In this document: positions 9,308 through 18,567 of the stretch, piece by piece
Layout: the number at the start of each line of letters is the position of its first letter
How positions within the stretch are numbered: position 1 is the first letter of the stretch
From: Candidatus Omnitrophota bacterium
GTDB lineage: Bacteria; Omnitrophota; Gorgyraeia; Gygaellales; Profunditerraquicolaceae
Direction: 5' to 3'
Assembly (NCBI GenBank): GCA_043808425.1
Contig: JAZDEW010000064.1
Coordinates: 11,772 to 75,771 of the forward strand
DNA: 64,000 nt
Notes under the pieces: generated by a model
The model's database searches: none
What the model was told of the DNA's origin: nothing
What the model saw: the letters and a program-made list of their open reading frames with translations, nothing else
Made by a program: the position numbers and the translations under genes

Positions 9308-12085
9308 TTACTTCCCCCCTATTGCCTTGAGGCAATGATCACAAATCAAAGGATGCGCCTGATTCTTTCCCACCTCTAATGAATAATTCCAGCAGCGCAG
9401 ACATTTGATGCCCTGCGCCTTCTCTACCTCAACCGAAAGATCAACAGAATTACTTTTATCCAAAGTGACCTTAACCTGTGAAACTTTAAAAATCTCACCC
9501 AGCTCCATACTACAGCTTTGTAAGAATGTATAACGATCTTGAGTTTTTGTCAATATATTTATTTGCGCGTCAAAAGAGCTGCCAATTACCCCGTTCGTAC
9601 GCATCTGTTCTAAAGCCTTGGCAGAGATGGTAATTAAATCTATCAGTGGCTGGAGCAATCCCCCGACAGCCCGCTCCGGTTCAGTTAACGCATAAAGCTC
9701 GGGCCAGCGCAAAAAGTGCACACTGGAAAAACCAGCATCCTTATCCTCTTTAGGCATATTCTGCCAAATCTCCTCCGCGGTAAAAACTAATATCGGAGAG
9801 ATAATCCTTACTAAGCATCTAAGCACTTCATATAATACCGTCTGCGCCGCTCTTCGCGGAAGCGAAGAGGCTAAAAAAGTATACAACCGGCCTTTAACCA
9901 TATCCAAATAATACATGGAAAGATCTTCATTACAAAAATCATAAATTGCTTTATAGGCTTTGTGAAACTCAAAATCATTATAAGCTTTATCCACTACAAG
10001 GCACAATGAATTTAGGCAGCCAAGTATCCAAATATCAATTTTTCTAAAATCCTGATGATCCGTCTTATGGGTATTCGGATCAAAATCGTATAAATTACTG
10101 AGAATAAAACGAACGGAATTTCTAATTTTACGATAGGCCTCAGAAAGTCGCGTTAGAATTACCGGTGAAATCCGTATATCTTCATTATAATCGCTAGAAG
10201 CCACCCACATTCTTAAAATATCAGCGCCATAAACCTTAATAATTTCAAAAGGGGAAATCACGTTACCGCTTGATTTAGACATTTTACGGCCCGCTCCATC
10301 AACTACAAAACCGTGCGTGAGTACATTTTTAAAAGGCGCCTTACCCTCAATACACACCGAGGAGATAAGCGAAGATTGAAACCATCCACGATGCTGATCT
10401 GAGCCTTCCAGATAAAGGCTAGCCGGAAACTCTAACTCTTCCCTAGCTTTTAACACTGCCTGGCTACTGACTCCGGAATCAAACCAGACATCTAAAATAT
10501 CTGAGCCCTTAGAAAAATTCTTTCCCTTACAATGCGGACAACTTAGATCCGGGCCAAAGAAAGCTTCTATCGGCTGCTGAAACCAGCAATCTGTTCCACT
10601 CTTAGCCGTTAAGACGGCAAAATTCCTAATTACCTGAGTAGATAAAAATTCTTCCTGACAATCATTGCAGATTAAAGCCGGAATAGGTACGCCCCAGTAG
10701 CGCTGGCGCGAAAGGCACCAATCCGGGCGCAAAGAAACCATCGCGGCAATTCTTTCCTGGCCTGCAGGCGGAATCCATTTAACCTCTTGGCGAATTATCG
10801 AAAGCAATTTATTTTTTAAAGCATTATGTTCCATGTTCAAAAACCACTGCTTGGTTGCCCTAAAAATTACCGGGGCCTTGCAACGCCAGCAATGCGGATA
10901 TGCATGCACAATATTAGAATTAAAAAGCAGGTCCCCGGTTTTTTCTAATTGTTCAAGAATGGGCTGCTGGGCGTCATAAACATGCAGCCCCTGGAATTGG
11001 CCGGCCGTAGAATCAAAAACTCCCCGGGAATTTACAGGCATGATTATATTTAATTTATATTTAATTCCAGTAAAATAATCTTCATTGCCATGGCCCGGAG
11101 CAGTGTGCACTAAACCCGTACCTTCCAGGCCGGAAACATAATTAGCTAACACGACCTGTCCCTCCCTGGATGCAAAAGGATGCGTATAGAGCACCCCCTC
11201 CAAATCCTTTCCTTTGAGCTCTTTAATCAGCGTGTATTTAGTCAGGCCACTATTGGTTATAAAACTGGACAACAAATCTTTGGCCACAATCAAATTTCCT
11301 TTATCCGTATTAATATAGAGGTAAACAAAATCCGGATGTACAGCCACCGCGACGTTAGCCAACAGCGTCCAAGGAGTAGTCGTCCAAATAACTAAAAAAC
11401 TTTCCGGGCCAAAATCTTCCGTCGGCTTAATTCTAAATCTTACATAGATGGATAGCGAGCTGCGCTCTTGGTGCTCTACCTCTGCTTCTGCCAAGGCTGT
11501 CTCGCACTTAAAACACCAATTCACCGGCTTTAACCCATGATATAAATAGCCTTGCTCATTAAGCTTAGCCAAAGCATTAAGAATGCTTTCTTCGTAATCA
11601 TGGCTTAAAGTAAGATAGGGATTCTCCCAATCCGCAAAGATACCCAACCGCTTAAACTGCTCCTTCTGCGTTGTAACATATTTATGAGCATAAACAAACG
11701 CCTTCTGACGAAAATCCAGCTGCGAAATTTTAGACTTATGGGTTTTCAATTCCTTAAAAAGCTGGTGCTCAATAGGCAGGCCATGGCAATCCCATCCAGG
11801 AACATAGGCAGAAGAATAGCCACGCAGGGTTTTATATTTGATAATAATATCTTTTAAAATTTTATTCAAAGCATGGCCAATATGAATATCGCCATTAGCG
11901 TAAGGCGGGCCGTCATGCAAAATATACTTCTGTTTACCGGAAGAATTAATATTTATATGTTTATAAATATCCAAGGTTGTCCAGTTCTGCAAAAAAAGCG
12001 GCTCGCGAACAGGCAGATCAGCCTTCATCGGAAAATCTGTTTTTGGTAAATTCAAGGTATGTTTATATCCAGAATTATTTGACAT
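9308..12085 (-). CDS. ileS: Isoleucyl-tRNA synthetase
   Basis: HIGH motif (PPYANGDIHIGHAL), KMSKS motif and a C-terminal zinc-binding Cys cluster. 925 aa. Confidence 0.92.
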   Translation of the reverse strand: MSNNSGYKHTLNLPKTDFPMKADLPVREPLFLQNWTTLDIYKHININSSGKQKYILHDGPPYANGDIHIGHALNKILKDIIIKYKTLRGYSSAYVPGWDCHGLPIEHQLFKELKTHKSKISQLDFRQKAFVYAHKYVTTQKEQFKRLGIFADWENPYLTLSHDYEESILNALAKLNEQGYLYHGLKPVNWCFKCETALAEAEVEHQERSSLSIYVRFRIKPTEDFGPESFLVIWTTTPWTLLANVAVAVHPDFVYLYINTDKGNLIVAKDLLSSFITNSGLTKYTLIKELKGKDLEGVLYTHPFASREGQVVLANYVSGLEGTGLVHTAPGHGNEDYFTGIKYKLNIIMPVNSRGVFDSTAGQFQGLHVYDAQQPILEQLEKTGDLLFNSNIVHAYPHCWRCKAPVIFRATKQWFLNMEHNALKNKLLSIIRQEVKWIPPAGQERIAAMVSLRPDWCLSRQRYWGVPIPALICNDCQEEFLSTQVIRNFAVLTAKSGTDCWFQQPIEAFFGPDLSCPHCKGKNFSKGSDILDVWFDSGVSSQAVLKAREELEFPASLYLEGSDQHRGWFQSSLISSVCIEGKAPFKNVLTHGFVVDGAGRKMSKSSGNVISPFEIIKVYGADILRMWVASSDYNEDIRISPVILTRLSEAYRKIRNSVRFILSNLYDFDPNTHKTDHQDFRKIDIWILGCLNSLCLVVDKAYNDFEFHKAYKAIYDFCNEDLSMYYLDMVKGRLYTFLASSLPRRAAQTVLYEVLRCLVRIISPILVFTAEEIWQNMPKEDKDAGFSSVHFLRWPELYALTEPERAVGGLLQPLIDLITISAKALEQMRTNGVIGSSFDAQINILTKTQDRYTFLQSCSMELGEIFKVSQVKVTLDKSNSVDLSVEVEKAQGIKCLRCWNYSLEVGKNQAHPLICDHCLKAIGGK

Positions 12086-12935
12086 ACTTACCTATGATTA
12101 TATTCAGCTTTTGCTTAACTTTTAAGGGAATTAATTTACGATCCGTAACAATGGCAAATTTTAAAGCCTGTCCACAACTGCATTCGCGCTTAGAACTTAA
12201 ATCTTTAATTACTTTACAGATAATTTTCTTAGCTTGCTCAATATTTTTCTGCAGATTACTTATCACCATTTCTAAGGTTACGCTGGCATGGGCCGGATGC
12301 CAGCAATCATAATCGGTAATACAGGCAAGCGTGGAATAGCAAATCTCAGCTTCCCGGCAAAGCTTGGCCTCCGCCAGATTGGTCATGCCAATAACATCCA
12401 TGCCCCAGCTACGATAAAGCTTGCTCTCCGCTAACGTAGAAAACTGCGGGCCTTCCATATTAATATAAGTTCCGGTTTTATGCATACTCAAGTTCAAAGC
12501 TTTACCAGCGGTGTATATACCGGCGCTAAGCTGCGGACATACCGGATGGCTAAAAACAATATGGCTAACAATTCCCCGGTCAAAAAAACTCATATCCCGG
12601 CCGTAATTTGTGCGATCCACGAATTGATCCACCACCACAAAATCCAGCGGCTTTAATTCCTCCCTTAAGCTCCCGCAGGCAGTGACCGAAATAATTCTTT
12701 CTACCCCTAATTTTTTCATGGCAAAAATATTAGCGCGATAATTTATTCCACTAGGTGAGATACGATGGCCTACCCCATGGCGCGGTAAAAAAACTACCTC
12801 TTTGCCCGCTAATTTTCCTATGGTAAATTTATCTGAGGGCTCTCCAAAAGGAGTCTTGACCTTTAGTTGTTTAGTAATTTTCAAGCCTTCGATTTTATAT
12901 AAACCGCTTCCGCCGATAATGCCGATACCTGACAT
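12075..12935 (-). CDS. mtnP: S-methyl-5'-thioadenosine phosphorylase / purine nucleoside phosphorylase
   Basis: GIIGGSGLY N-terminal motif of the PNP/MTAP family. The start is called at the ATG at 12935, which has an AAGGAG ribosome-binding site, not at the longer ORF start. Confidence 0.75.
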   Translation of the reverse strand: MSGIGIIGGSGLYKIEGLKITKQLKVKTPFGEPSDKFTIGKLAGKEVVFLPRHGVGHRISPSGINYRANIFAMKKLGVERIISVTACGSLREELKPLDFVVVDQFVDRTNYGRDMSFFDRGIVSHIVFSHPVCPQLSAGIYTAGKALNLSMHKTGTYINMEGPQFSTLAESKLYRSWGMDVIGMTNLAEAKLCREAEICYSTLACITDYDCWHPAHASVTLEMVISNLQKNIEQAKKIICKVIKDLSSKRECSCGQALKFAIVTDRKLIPLKVKQKLNIIIGKYVK

Positions 12936-12937
12936 AT

Positions 12938-13774
12938 CTACTCCTTTTTTAATAACTCCTGAGCGCACTGCTTAGCCGCTAGCGCCGCCTCAGGCCAGGA
13001 ACCTCCGTTAATTATAACCTTAAGCGCCGCCTCCGTTGTCCCTCCGGAAGAAGTAATCATCTTGCGCAACTGAGCGGGTGAATTACCCGTTTGTTTGACT
13101 AGATGAATAGTAGAAACAGTTGTACTCGCAGCTAGCTCTAACGCGATTTTTACCTCAATTCCAACCTTAAGCGCCGCCTCATTTAAACGATTAATCCACT
13201 CTTTTTTAGATTTTATAGAAATTTTCAGAGGATCTAACTTTTTAATTTCCATATCATAAAGAATATACGCCGGCCCGCTACCGGAAATAGCCGTAACAGA
13301 ATCAATCTTATCTTCTTTTAACTCCCAAACCTTTCCCAAGATTTTAAATAATTTTTTCGCCAACAACAAATCTTTTTCTTTAGCATGCTTACCTTTGCAT
13401 ATGCTTGTTTCGCCTTCGGCTATTTTTACCGCGATATTCGGCATAGCCCTTACGACCTTAACTTTTCCTAAAACCTTCTGTATGTAGCCCGTAGTAATAC
13501 CCGCGGCAATACTAATAATCAATTTATCCTGAATAAAATTTTTAATTTCCTTAAGCAACAAATCAAAATCCTGCGGCTTAACGGCTAAAATAACAACTTC
13601 AGATTGCCCGACTAATTCCCTGAGATTATGAACCACGGTTATATTTTCTAAATCAATTGTTTTTATTTTATCAAAAACGTAAACCGCGTATTTAAACCTA
13701 ATGCGTTCGCCAATTGCAGAACCCATATTGCCGAATCCGATAATTCCAATCTTTTTCCTTGGAAAATTAAACAT
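12938..13774 (-). CDS. proC: Pyrroline-5-carboxylate reductase
   Basis: KIGIIGFGNMGSAI NADP-binding motif and a ProC dimerisation region (SGSGPAY). Confidence 0.8.
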   Translation of the reverse strand: MFNFPRKKIGIIGFGNMGSAIGERIRFKYAVYVFDKIKTIDLENITVVHNLRELVGQSEVVILAVKPQDFDLLLKEIKNFIQDKLIISIAAGITTGYIQKVLGKVKVVRAMPNIAVKIAEGETSICKGKHAKEKDLLLAKKLFKILGKVWELKEDKIDSVTAISGSGPAYILYDMEIKKLDPLKISIKSKKEWINRLNEAALKVGIEVKIALELAASTTVSTIHLVKQTGNSPAQLRKMITSSGGTTEAALKVIINGGSWPEAALAAKQCAQELLKKE

Positions 13775-13794
13775 TATTTTATCCCGTTTGCCCC

Positions 13795-14532
13795 TTAAAT
13801 AAATGAAGCATGATCAGGCCTGTTTTGAAATAACGGGCGGGAAAATATTGCCCTGCCCAACCTGATAATATCCGCGCCCTCTTCAATCGCGACCTCAAAA
13901 TCATCAGACATTCCCATCGAAAGCAACCAACCAGGATTTAACTGATCACGCAACTGCCTAAGTCTAGAAAAATACGGCCGGGCTTCACTAGCATTATCCA
14001 CCAACGGAGCAATGGTCATTAGCCCTTTAATTCTTACATTAGAGAATTTTATAATTTCTCTACAAACCTGTGCCAACGCTTCCGGCTTAAGTCCAAACTT
14101 CCTTACCTCCAAAGATGTCTTGACCTCTAGAAGAATGTCCTGAATTTTATTTATTTTAAAAGCCTGTTGATTAATTTGGCACGCCAAGCTAACACTATCA
14201 ACAGAATGAATTAAATCGAATATTTTTAAAGCGTCTTTTACTTTATTTGACTGCAAGTGCCCGACCATATGCCATTTTATAGTCGATGGTCGATGGCCGA
14301 TGGTCGAGGAGAGCTGAGGGCTGATGGCTGATGGCTGACTATATTTCAAAAAGGCTTCCTGCACCCTATTTTCGCCAATATGGTTAATCCCCAAACTAGC
14401 TACTTCTTGTACCTCTTGAACACTCCTGCCTTTAGTCACACAGACGATCGTAATTTTGCCCGGATCAATTTTAGTCCTGGCGCAAGCTTCAAACACGCGC
14501 TGATGGACTTTTTCAATGTTCTCTTTAATCAT
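13795..14532 (-). CDS. yggS: PLP-binding protein of the YggS/PLPHP family
   Basis: VTKGRS...GENRVQE...HMVGHLQSNKVK motifs. A short insertion in the protein is encoded by heptanucleotide tandem repeats. Confidence 0.8.
   Translation of the reverse strand: MIKENIEKVHQRVFEACARTKIDPGKITIVCVTKGRSVQEVQEVASLGINHIGENRVQEAFLKYSQPSAISPQLSSTIGHRPSTIKWHMVGHLQSNKVKDALKIFDLIHSVDSVSLACQINQQAFKINKIQDILLEVKTSLEVRKFGLKPEALAQVCREIIKFSNVRIKGLMTIAPLVDNASEARPYFSRLRQLRDQLNPGWLLSMGMSDDFEVAIEEGADIIRLGRAIFSRPLFQNRPDHASFI
14283..14339. repeat. Heptanucleotide tandem repeats, (GGTCGAT)x3 then (GGCTGAT)x3, inside the yggS coding sequence
   Basis: Sequence tcgatggtcgatggccgatggtcgagg...ctgagggctgatggctgatggctgac. It encodes ..SQPSAISPQLSSTIGHRPSTI.. 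in frame. Confidence 0.7.
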
Positions 14533-14662
14533 AGCTTAAGCCGATACGTTATACACAATAACCCAAGAGGGTCAATTAAAAGAAGCTTCGCCGGCAGATC
14601 TGACGGCTTTCGCGGCGCCTGGCGGAAGACAAAAACCCAGCCTAATATTATGACAAAAAAAA

Positions 14663-15919
14663 TTAAAAATATTCCTGATAAACTTCTTTAAAACGATTAA
14701 TTGTTTTAATTAACAGATTTTTGGCAGGCTTAACTAAAGCTAAATTTCCCACAGTTTTATTTTCAAGATCCTCACAAATCATCCCCAGGCAGGTTAAATA
14801 AGTCAGATACTTCTGTCCGGATAAATCACTATTCTCTTTGGCTAAAGAAGCTATCTGGGGATGATTAATCCGTCCGATAACTACCGGCACCCCGATCACG
14901 CTCTCCATCATCTCAATAAATCCCTCAGTCAATAAAGTCTTGCCCACCATAATGAAATGACTGATTTCATGAAGCGCAACTTTTGGCTCCACCGCTTCCT
15001 TAATCTGCGTACAAATTAAACGGCTAGCATTAGTAACCATAACCGCTACATCACGTTGTTTTATTGGTTTATAAAATTCATTTTTCCTAACTAAAATTTC
15101 TTTATCCTCCTGGATATGGCTAATATCCCCGATGATCCCGTGAGTACGCTTAATATCTTCGGCCAACTCAAAATTAATTTTTAAGCCTCCCGAGAGTTGC
15201 TGCGTCATACTATTACCACCTAGAGGCAGAATTTGAATACTCTGCAAAAGGCCATCTTTAAAAATCAGCAGTTCCGTTACATCGCTGCCACAATCGCAAA
15301 ATACGCTTACACCACGTTTTTCTTCTATGCCAAATACCGCCCTGCTCGTGGCCAGTCCCGAAAAAGAAAGGCTCCCAATCTCATATCCAGCCTGGCTAAT
15401 CACCCGGCTTAAACTCTGCAAAGGTGCCAATCTAGCGCAGACTAAATATAAATCTACTTCTAATCTATGGCTATATAAGCCGATAGGATTAATCACATTA
15501 TTCTTAGAATCAATAGAATAGCTCGAAGGAATTACATGAATTATTTCATCCTCTAAACTAGAGCCAAGGATACGCGCCTGTTCATTAGCCGTAGCGATAT
15601 CCGTGGAAGTAATCACCTTATTACCACGCTCGGCAAGAGGGATAATCGCATGGCTGTGTTTAGTTGAAATATCCTTACCTGAAAAATTAATATGGATCGA
15701 CTTAATTTTTAATCCAGATTTAATTTTTAAGCTCTTAAGAATTTTAGTCAAGCAGATAACCAGCTCAGTGGCATCCACAATCACCCCTTCTTTAACCCCG
15801 CAAGATAAAAAACAATCAAAGAAGATACTGCTTATTTTATTTTTTCTTACCAAAGCCAGTGCCGCGGATATTTTATTCGAACCTATGTCTACGGCGCAAA
15901 TATAACTATTATTTAGCAT
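14663..15919 (-). CDS. ftsA: Cell division protein FtsA
   Basis: Actin/Hsp70 fold with N-terminal AVDIGSNKI and IDIGGG-like motifs. It sits directly downstream of ftsQ. Confidence 0.85.
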   Translation of the reverse strand: MLNNSYICAVDIGSNKISAALALVRKNKISSIFFDCFLSCGVKEGVIVDATELVICLTKILKSLKIKSGLKIKSIHINFSGKDISTKHSHAIIPLAERGNKVITSTDIATANEQARILGSSLEDEIIHVIPSSYSIDSKNNVINPIGLYSHRLEVDLYLVCARLAPLQSLSRVISQAGYEIGSLSFSGLATSRAVFGIEEKRGVSVFCDCGSDVTELLIFKDGLLQSIQILPLGGNSMTQQLSGGLKINFELAEDIKRTHGIIGDISHIQEDKEILVRKNEFYKPIKQRDVAVMVTNASRLICTQIKEAVEPKVALHEISHFIMVGKTLLTEGFIEMMESVIGVPVVIGRINHPQIASLAKENSDLSGQKYLTYLTCLGMICEDLENKTVGNLALVKPAKNLLIKTINRFKEVYQEYF

Positions 15920-16697
15920 TGTTCAATTTGATTAACGGTTCCTTAAACCTAAGGTCAATATACTTAATATTGGCCCATTCCTCGCGCTCCTGAATCACCA
16001 GGCCCCCTAGAATCATCATCTTTTGCCTAATATTATATGCTCCGGTGCGCACTTCAAAACCTAACCACTCTGCGCCAGGAACAGCTAAAGTATAATTGGC
16101 AATTTGCCTGGGCAAGAACATAAAAAATCCAGCGCTTCCTAGATCAGCCACATCAATCTTTTTTAGGGTAAACCCACCAAAAGCTTTATTTGCCTTAAAC
16201 TCATTAATAATACTTAAAGCTAAATCTAACTCTAAGCGCTTATAACTCATTCCCGGCTTAGGCGCAAATATCTTGGTTTCTAAGCCATAAATTATCGGTA
16301 ATTCTAGATTCTCAGTCGTAGTGTCCGGATGAAATAACACTCCCTGCTCATCGATGGCAAAATTCTTATAGAACTTTACCAGAGCCAACGGCCTGCGTTT
16401 TAAAAAATCTACCACTATGGAGCTAGGCAAAATCCGAGCAAACCTAACCTTACGACAATCCGGACATCTTAACGTCGCCCTCGCGGCCTCATTATTTAAA
16501 TTTAAAGTGAATATATTTCTACCTTTTAAATATTCAAATTGATCATCAGAATTCCTAACGATGACCTGTTTAACGGCAAAAAAATCCGCAGTAATTAATA
16601 CTTTCCAAATATATCCTATAATAAAAGAGATGGCAAGTAAAATTATCAACAAGATACTAATAATTTTTGCGGGTAAATTAAATTTTTTTTTCCTCAC
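15909..16697 (-). CDS. ftsQ: Cell division protein FtsQ (POTRA domain)
   Basis: N-terminal transmembrane anchor and POTRA-type fold. It lies between ddl and ftsA. Confidence 0.7.
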   Translation of the reverse strand: MRKKKFNLPAKIISILLIILLAISFIIGYIWKVLITADFFAVKQVIVRNSDDQFEYLKGRNIFTLNLNNEAARATLRCPDCRKVRFARILPSSIVVDFLKRRPLALVKFYKNFAIDEQGVLFHPDTTTENLELPIIYGLETKIFAPKPGMSYKRLELDLALSIINEFKANKAFGGFTLKKIDVADLGSAGFFMFLPRQIANYTLAVPGAEWLGFEVRTGAYNIRQKMMILGGLVIQEREEWANIKYIDLRFKEPLIKLNNAK

Positions 16698-17695
16698 CCG
16701 GCCCCTCCTTCCTTGATCTCGTTAACCAGCCCCTTGAAAGGGGCCGACGCATATGCTAATTCCAACAATTTAAGACAAAGCCGGCTAAAATCAATACCCG
16801 CAATTTTAGCCGCTTTGGGCAAAAGGCTAGTGGCGGTCATCCCGGGTATAGTATTAACCTCTAAAATACACACCGAGCCATCCTTAGCTAAAATAATATC
16901 CACCCGCGAACAGCCATAGCAACCCAAAAATTTATGTGCCCGCAAAGCTGCCTTTTGGACCTCTAAAGTCACCCTTGGGCCTAAAACAGCAGGAACAATA
17001 TACTGCGTTGAGCCCGTTTGATATTTAGCCGTAAAATCAAAAAATTTATGCTTAGGGATAATTTCAATTACCGGTAAAGCTTGCTCATCCAAAATGCCAA
17101 CGGTGAGCTCCCTTCCCGATACATACTCCTGTAAAATTATATGCTCATCAAATTGAAAAGCCAGATCAATGGCCGCCGGTAATTCTTGCCCGCGCTCTAC
17201 GAGCGATAACCCGATACTCGATCCTTGATTGGCCGGTTTAACCACCAGAGGAAAACCAAGCTGATTTTTAAAAGCTGGGCCTTTTCCAAAAGCATAGCTC
17301 TTCTGATAAATTGACTTCTTGATAAACTGAGATTTCGGTACACATAATCCGGCTTGCGAAAATATTTCTAATGAACCAATCTTATCCATCGCCAGCTGGC
17401 TGGCCCTAACCCCGGAGGCAGTAAAGGGGAGATTTAATCTATCTAAAATCCCCTGAATCACGCCATCTTCACCATAACGGCCATGCAAAGCGATAAACGC
17501 GCAATCTAAATTATACTTTTTAAGTAAGCTGGAATTCTCCTGCAAATTATCCATAGCGATATCAATCGCTACTACCTCCAGGCCGGCCTCCTTAAGCGCA
17601 GAAAAAACAGCCTGTCCGCTTTTTAAAGAAATCTCCCTTTCCGAAGAAGGCCCGCCCATTAAAACGCCGACTCTACCAAAATCTTTTATTTCCAT
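16694..17695 (-). CDS. ddl: D-alanine--D-alanine ligase
   Basis: ATP-grasp fold and Ddl motifs (VLMGGPSSEREISL; EVNTIPG). Confidence 0.85.
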   Translation of the reverse strand: MEIKDFGRVGVLMGGPSSEREISLKSGQAVFSALKEAGLEVVAIDIAMDNLQENSSLLKKYNLDCAFIALHGRYGEDGVIQGILDRLNLPFTASGVRASQLAMDKIGSLEIFSQAGLCVPKSQFIKKSIYQKSYAFGKGPAFKNQLGFPLVVKPANQGSSIGLSLVERGQELPAAIDLAFQFDEHIILQEYVSGRELTVGILDEQALPVIEIIPKHKFFDFTAKYQTGSTQYIVPAVLGPRVTLEVQKAALRAHKFLGCYGCSRVDIILAKDGSVCILEVNTIPGMTATSLLPKAAKIAGIDFSRLCLKLLELAYASAPFKGLVNEIKEGGAG

Positions 17696-18567
17696 ATTTT
17701 TATCTCAGGCTCTAAGTTAATTTTAAATTTTTCCCATACTTTTTTTTGCATCAAATCCATGAGCGATAAAACATCCTTGCTCTTGGCCTTCGCGGTATTC
17801 AAAATAAAATTCGCGTGCCGCTTAGAGATCACTGCCCCCCCCTTGGCCTTACCCTTTAATCCGCAGGCATCAACCAATCTACCGGCAGAGCCCAAAGAAG
17901 GATTCTTAAAAATACACCCGGCACTGAGCAAGTTATGGCCATAAGATTGCTTACGCCGCGAGAGATATTCGTTTATCTTTGTTAAAATTACTTTCTTTGG
18001 CGCAGCATGCAGCTTAAGCTTAGCCCAGATAATAATATATTTATTTAAATTGGATTTTCGATAAGCAAACTTCAGCTGCTGGCTGGTCAGCAGTTTTAGC
18101 TTTCCACTATAATCTAGGACACCTACCTGCTTTACCAATTCTCCTATAGAGCTACCCCAGGCGCCGGCATTGCCCATCAATGAACCACCCAATGTCCCGG
18201 GGATACCCACCAGAAACTCCGAACCACTTAAATTGTTCTTCTTTGAAAATGAAATAAATTCATTTAATTTTAAACCGCTCCAGGCCACTACACAACTACC
18301 CTGACAAGAACATTTTCTAAAATCCCGGCTGCTTAATCTAATCACCAGCCCATCTAAACCTTTATCACTAACCAGGATATTGCTGCCCGCTCCCAGGATA
18401 AAAACATCCAGGCCATTATGCCTAGCAATCACTAACGCCTCTTGTAGTGCTTTAAGATTCTGCGGTTCAAAAAAATATTTTGCCCGGCCCCCAATCCTAA
18501 AACTCGTAAAACTTGCCAAATTAATTTTGGTTTTTATTGCCTTATTTAAGTGCCCGGACCAATGCAT
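17686..18567 (-). CDS. murB: UDP-N-acetylenolpyruvoylglucosamine reductase
   Basis: FAD-binding domain (GGRAKYF...ILGAGSN). Confidence 0.8.
   Translation of the reverse strand: MHWSGHLNKAIKTKINLASFTSFRIGGRAKYFFEPQNLKALQEALVIARHNGLDVFILGAGSNILVSDKGLDGLVIRLSSRDFRKCSCQGSCVVAWSGLKLNEFISFSKKNNLSGSEFLVGIPGTLGGSLMGNAGAWGSSIGELVKQVGVLDYSGKLKLLTSQQLKFAYRKSNLNKYIIIWAKLKLHAAPKKVILTKINEYLSRRKQSYGHNLLSAGCIFKNPSLGSAGRLVDACGLKGKAKGGAVISKRHANFILNTAKAKSKDVLSLMDLMQKKVWEKFKINLEPEIKIWK

Noticed and set aside
9308-12085. T-box or leader element upstream of ileS
   Set aside because: The ileS start overlaps the preceding mtnP gene by 11 nt, leaving no leader region.
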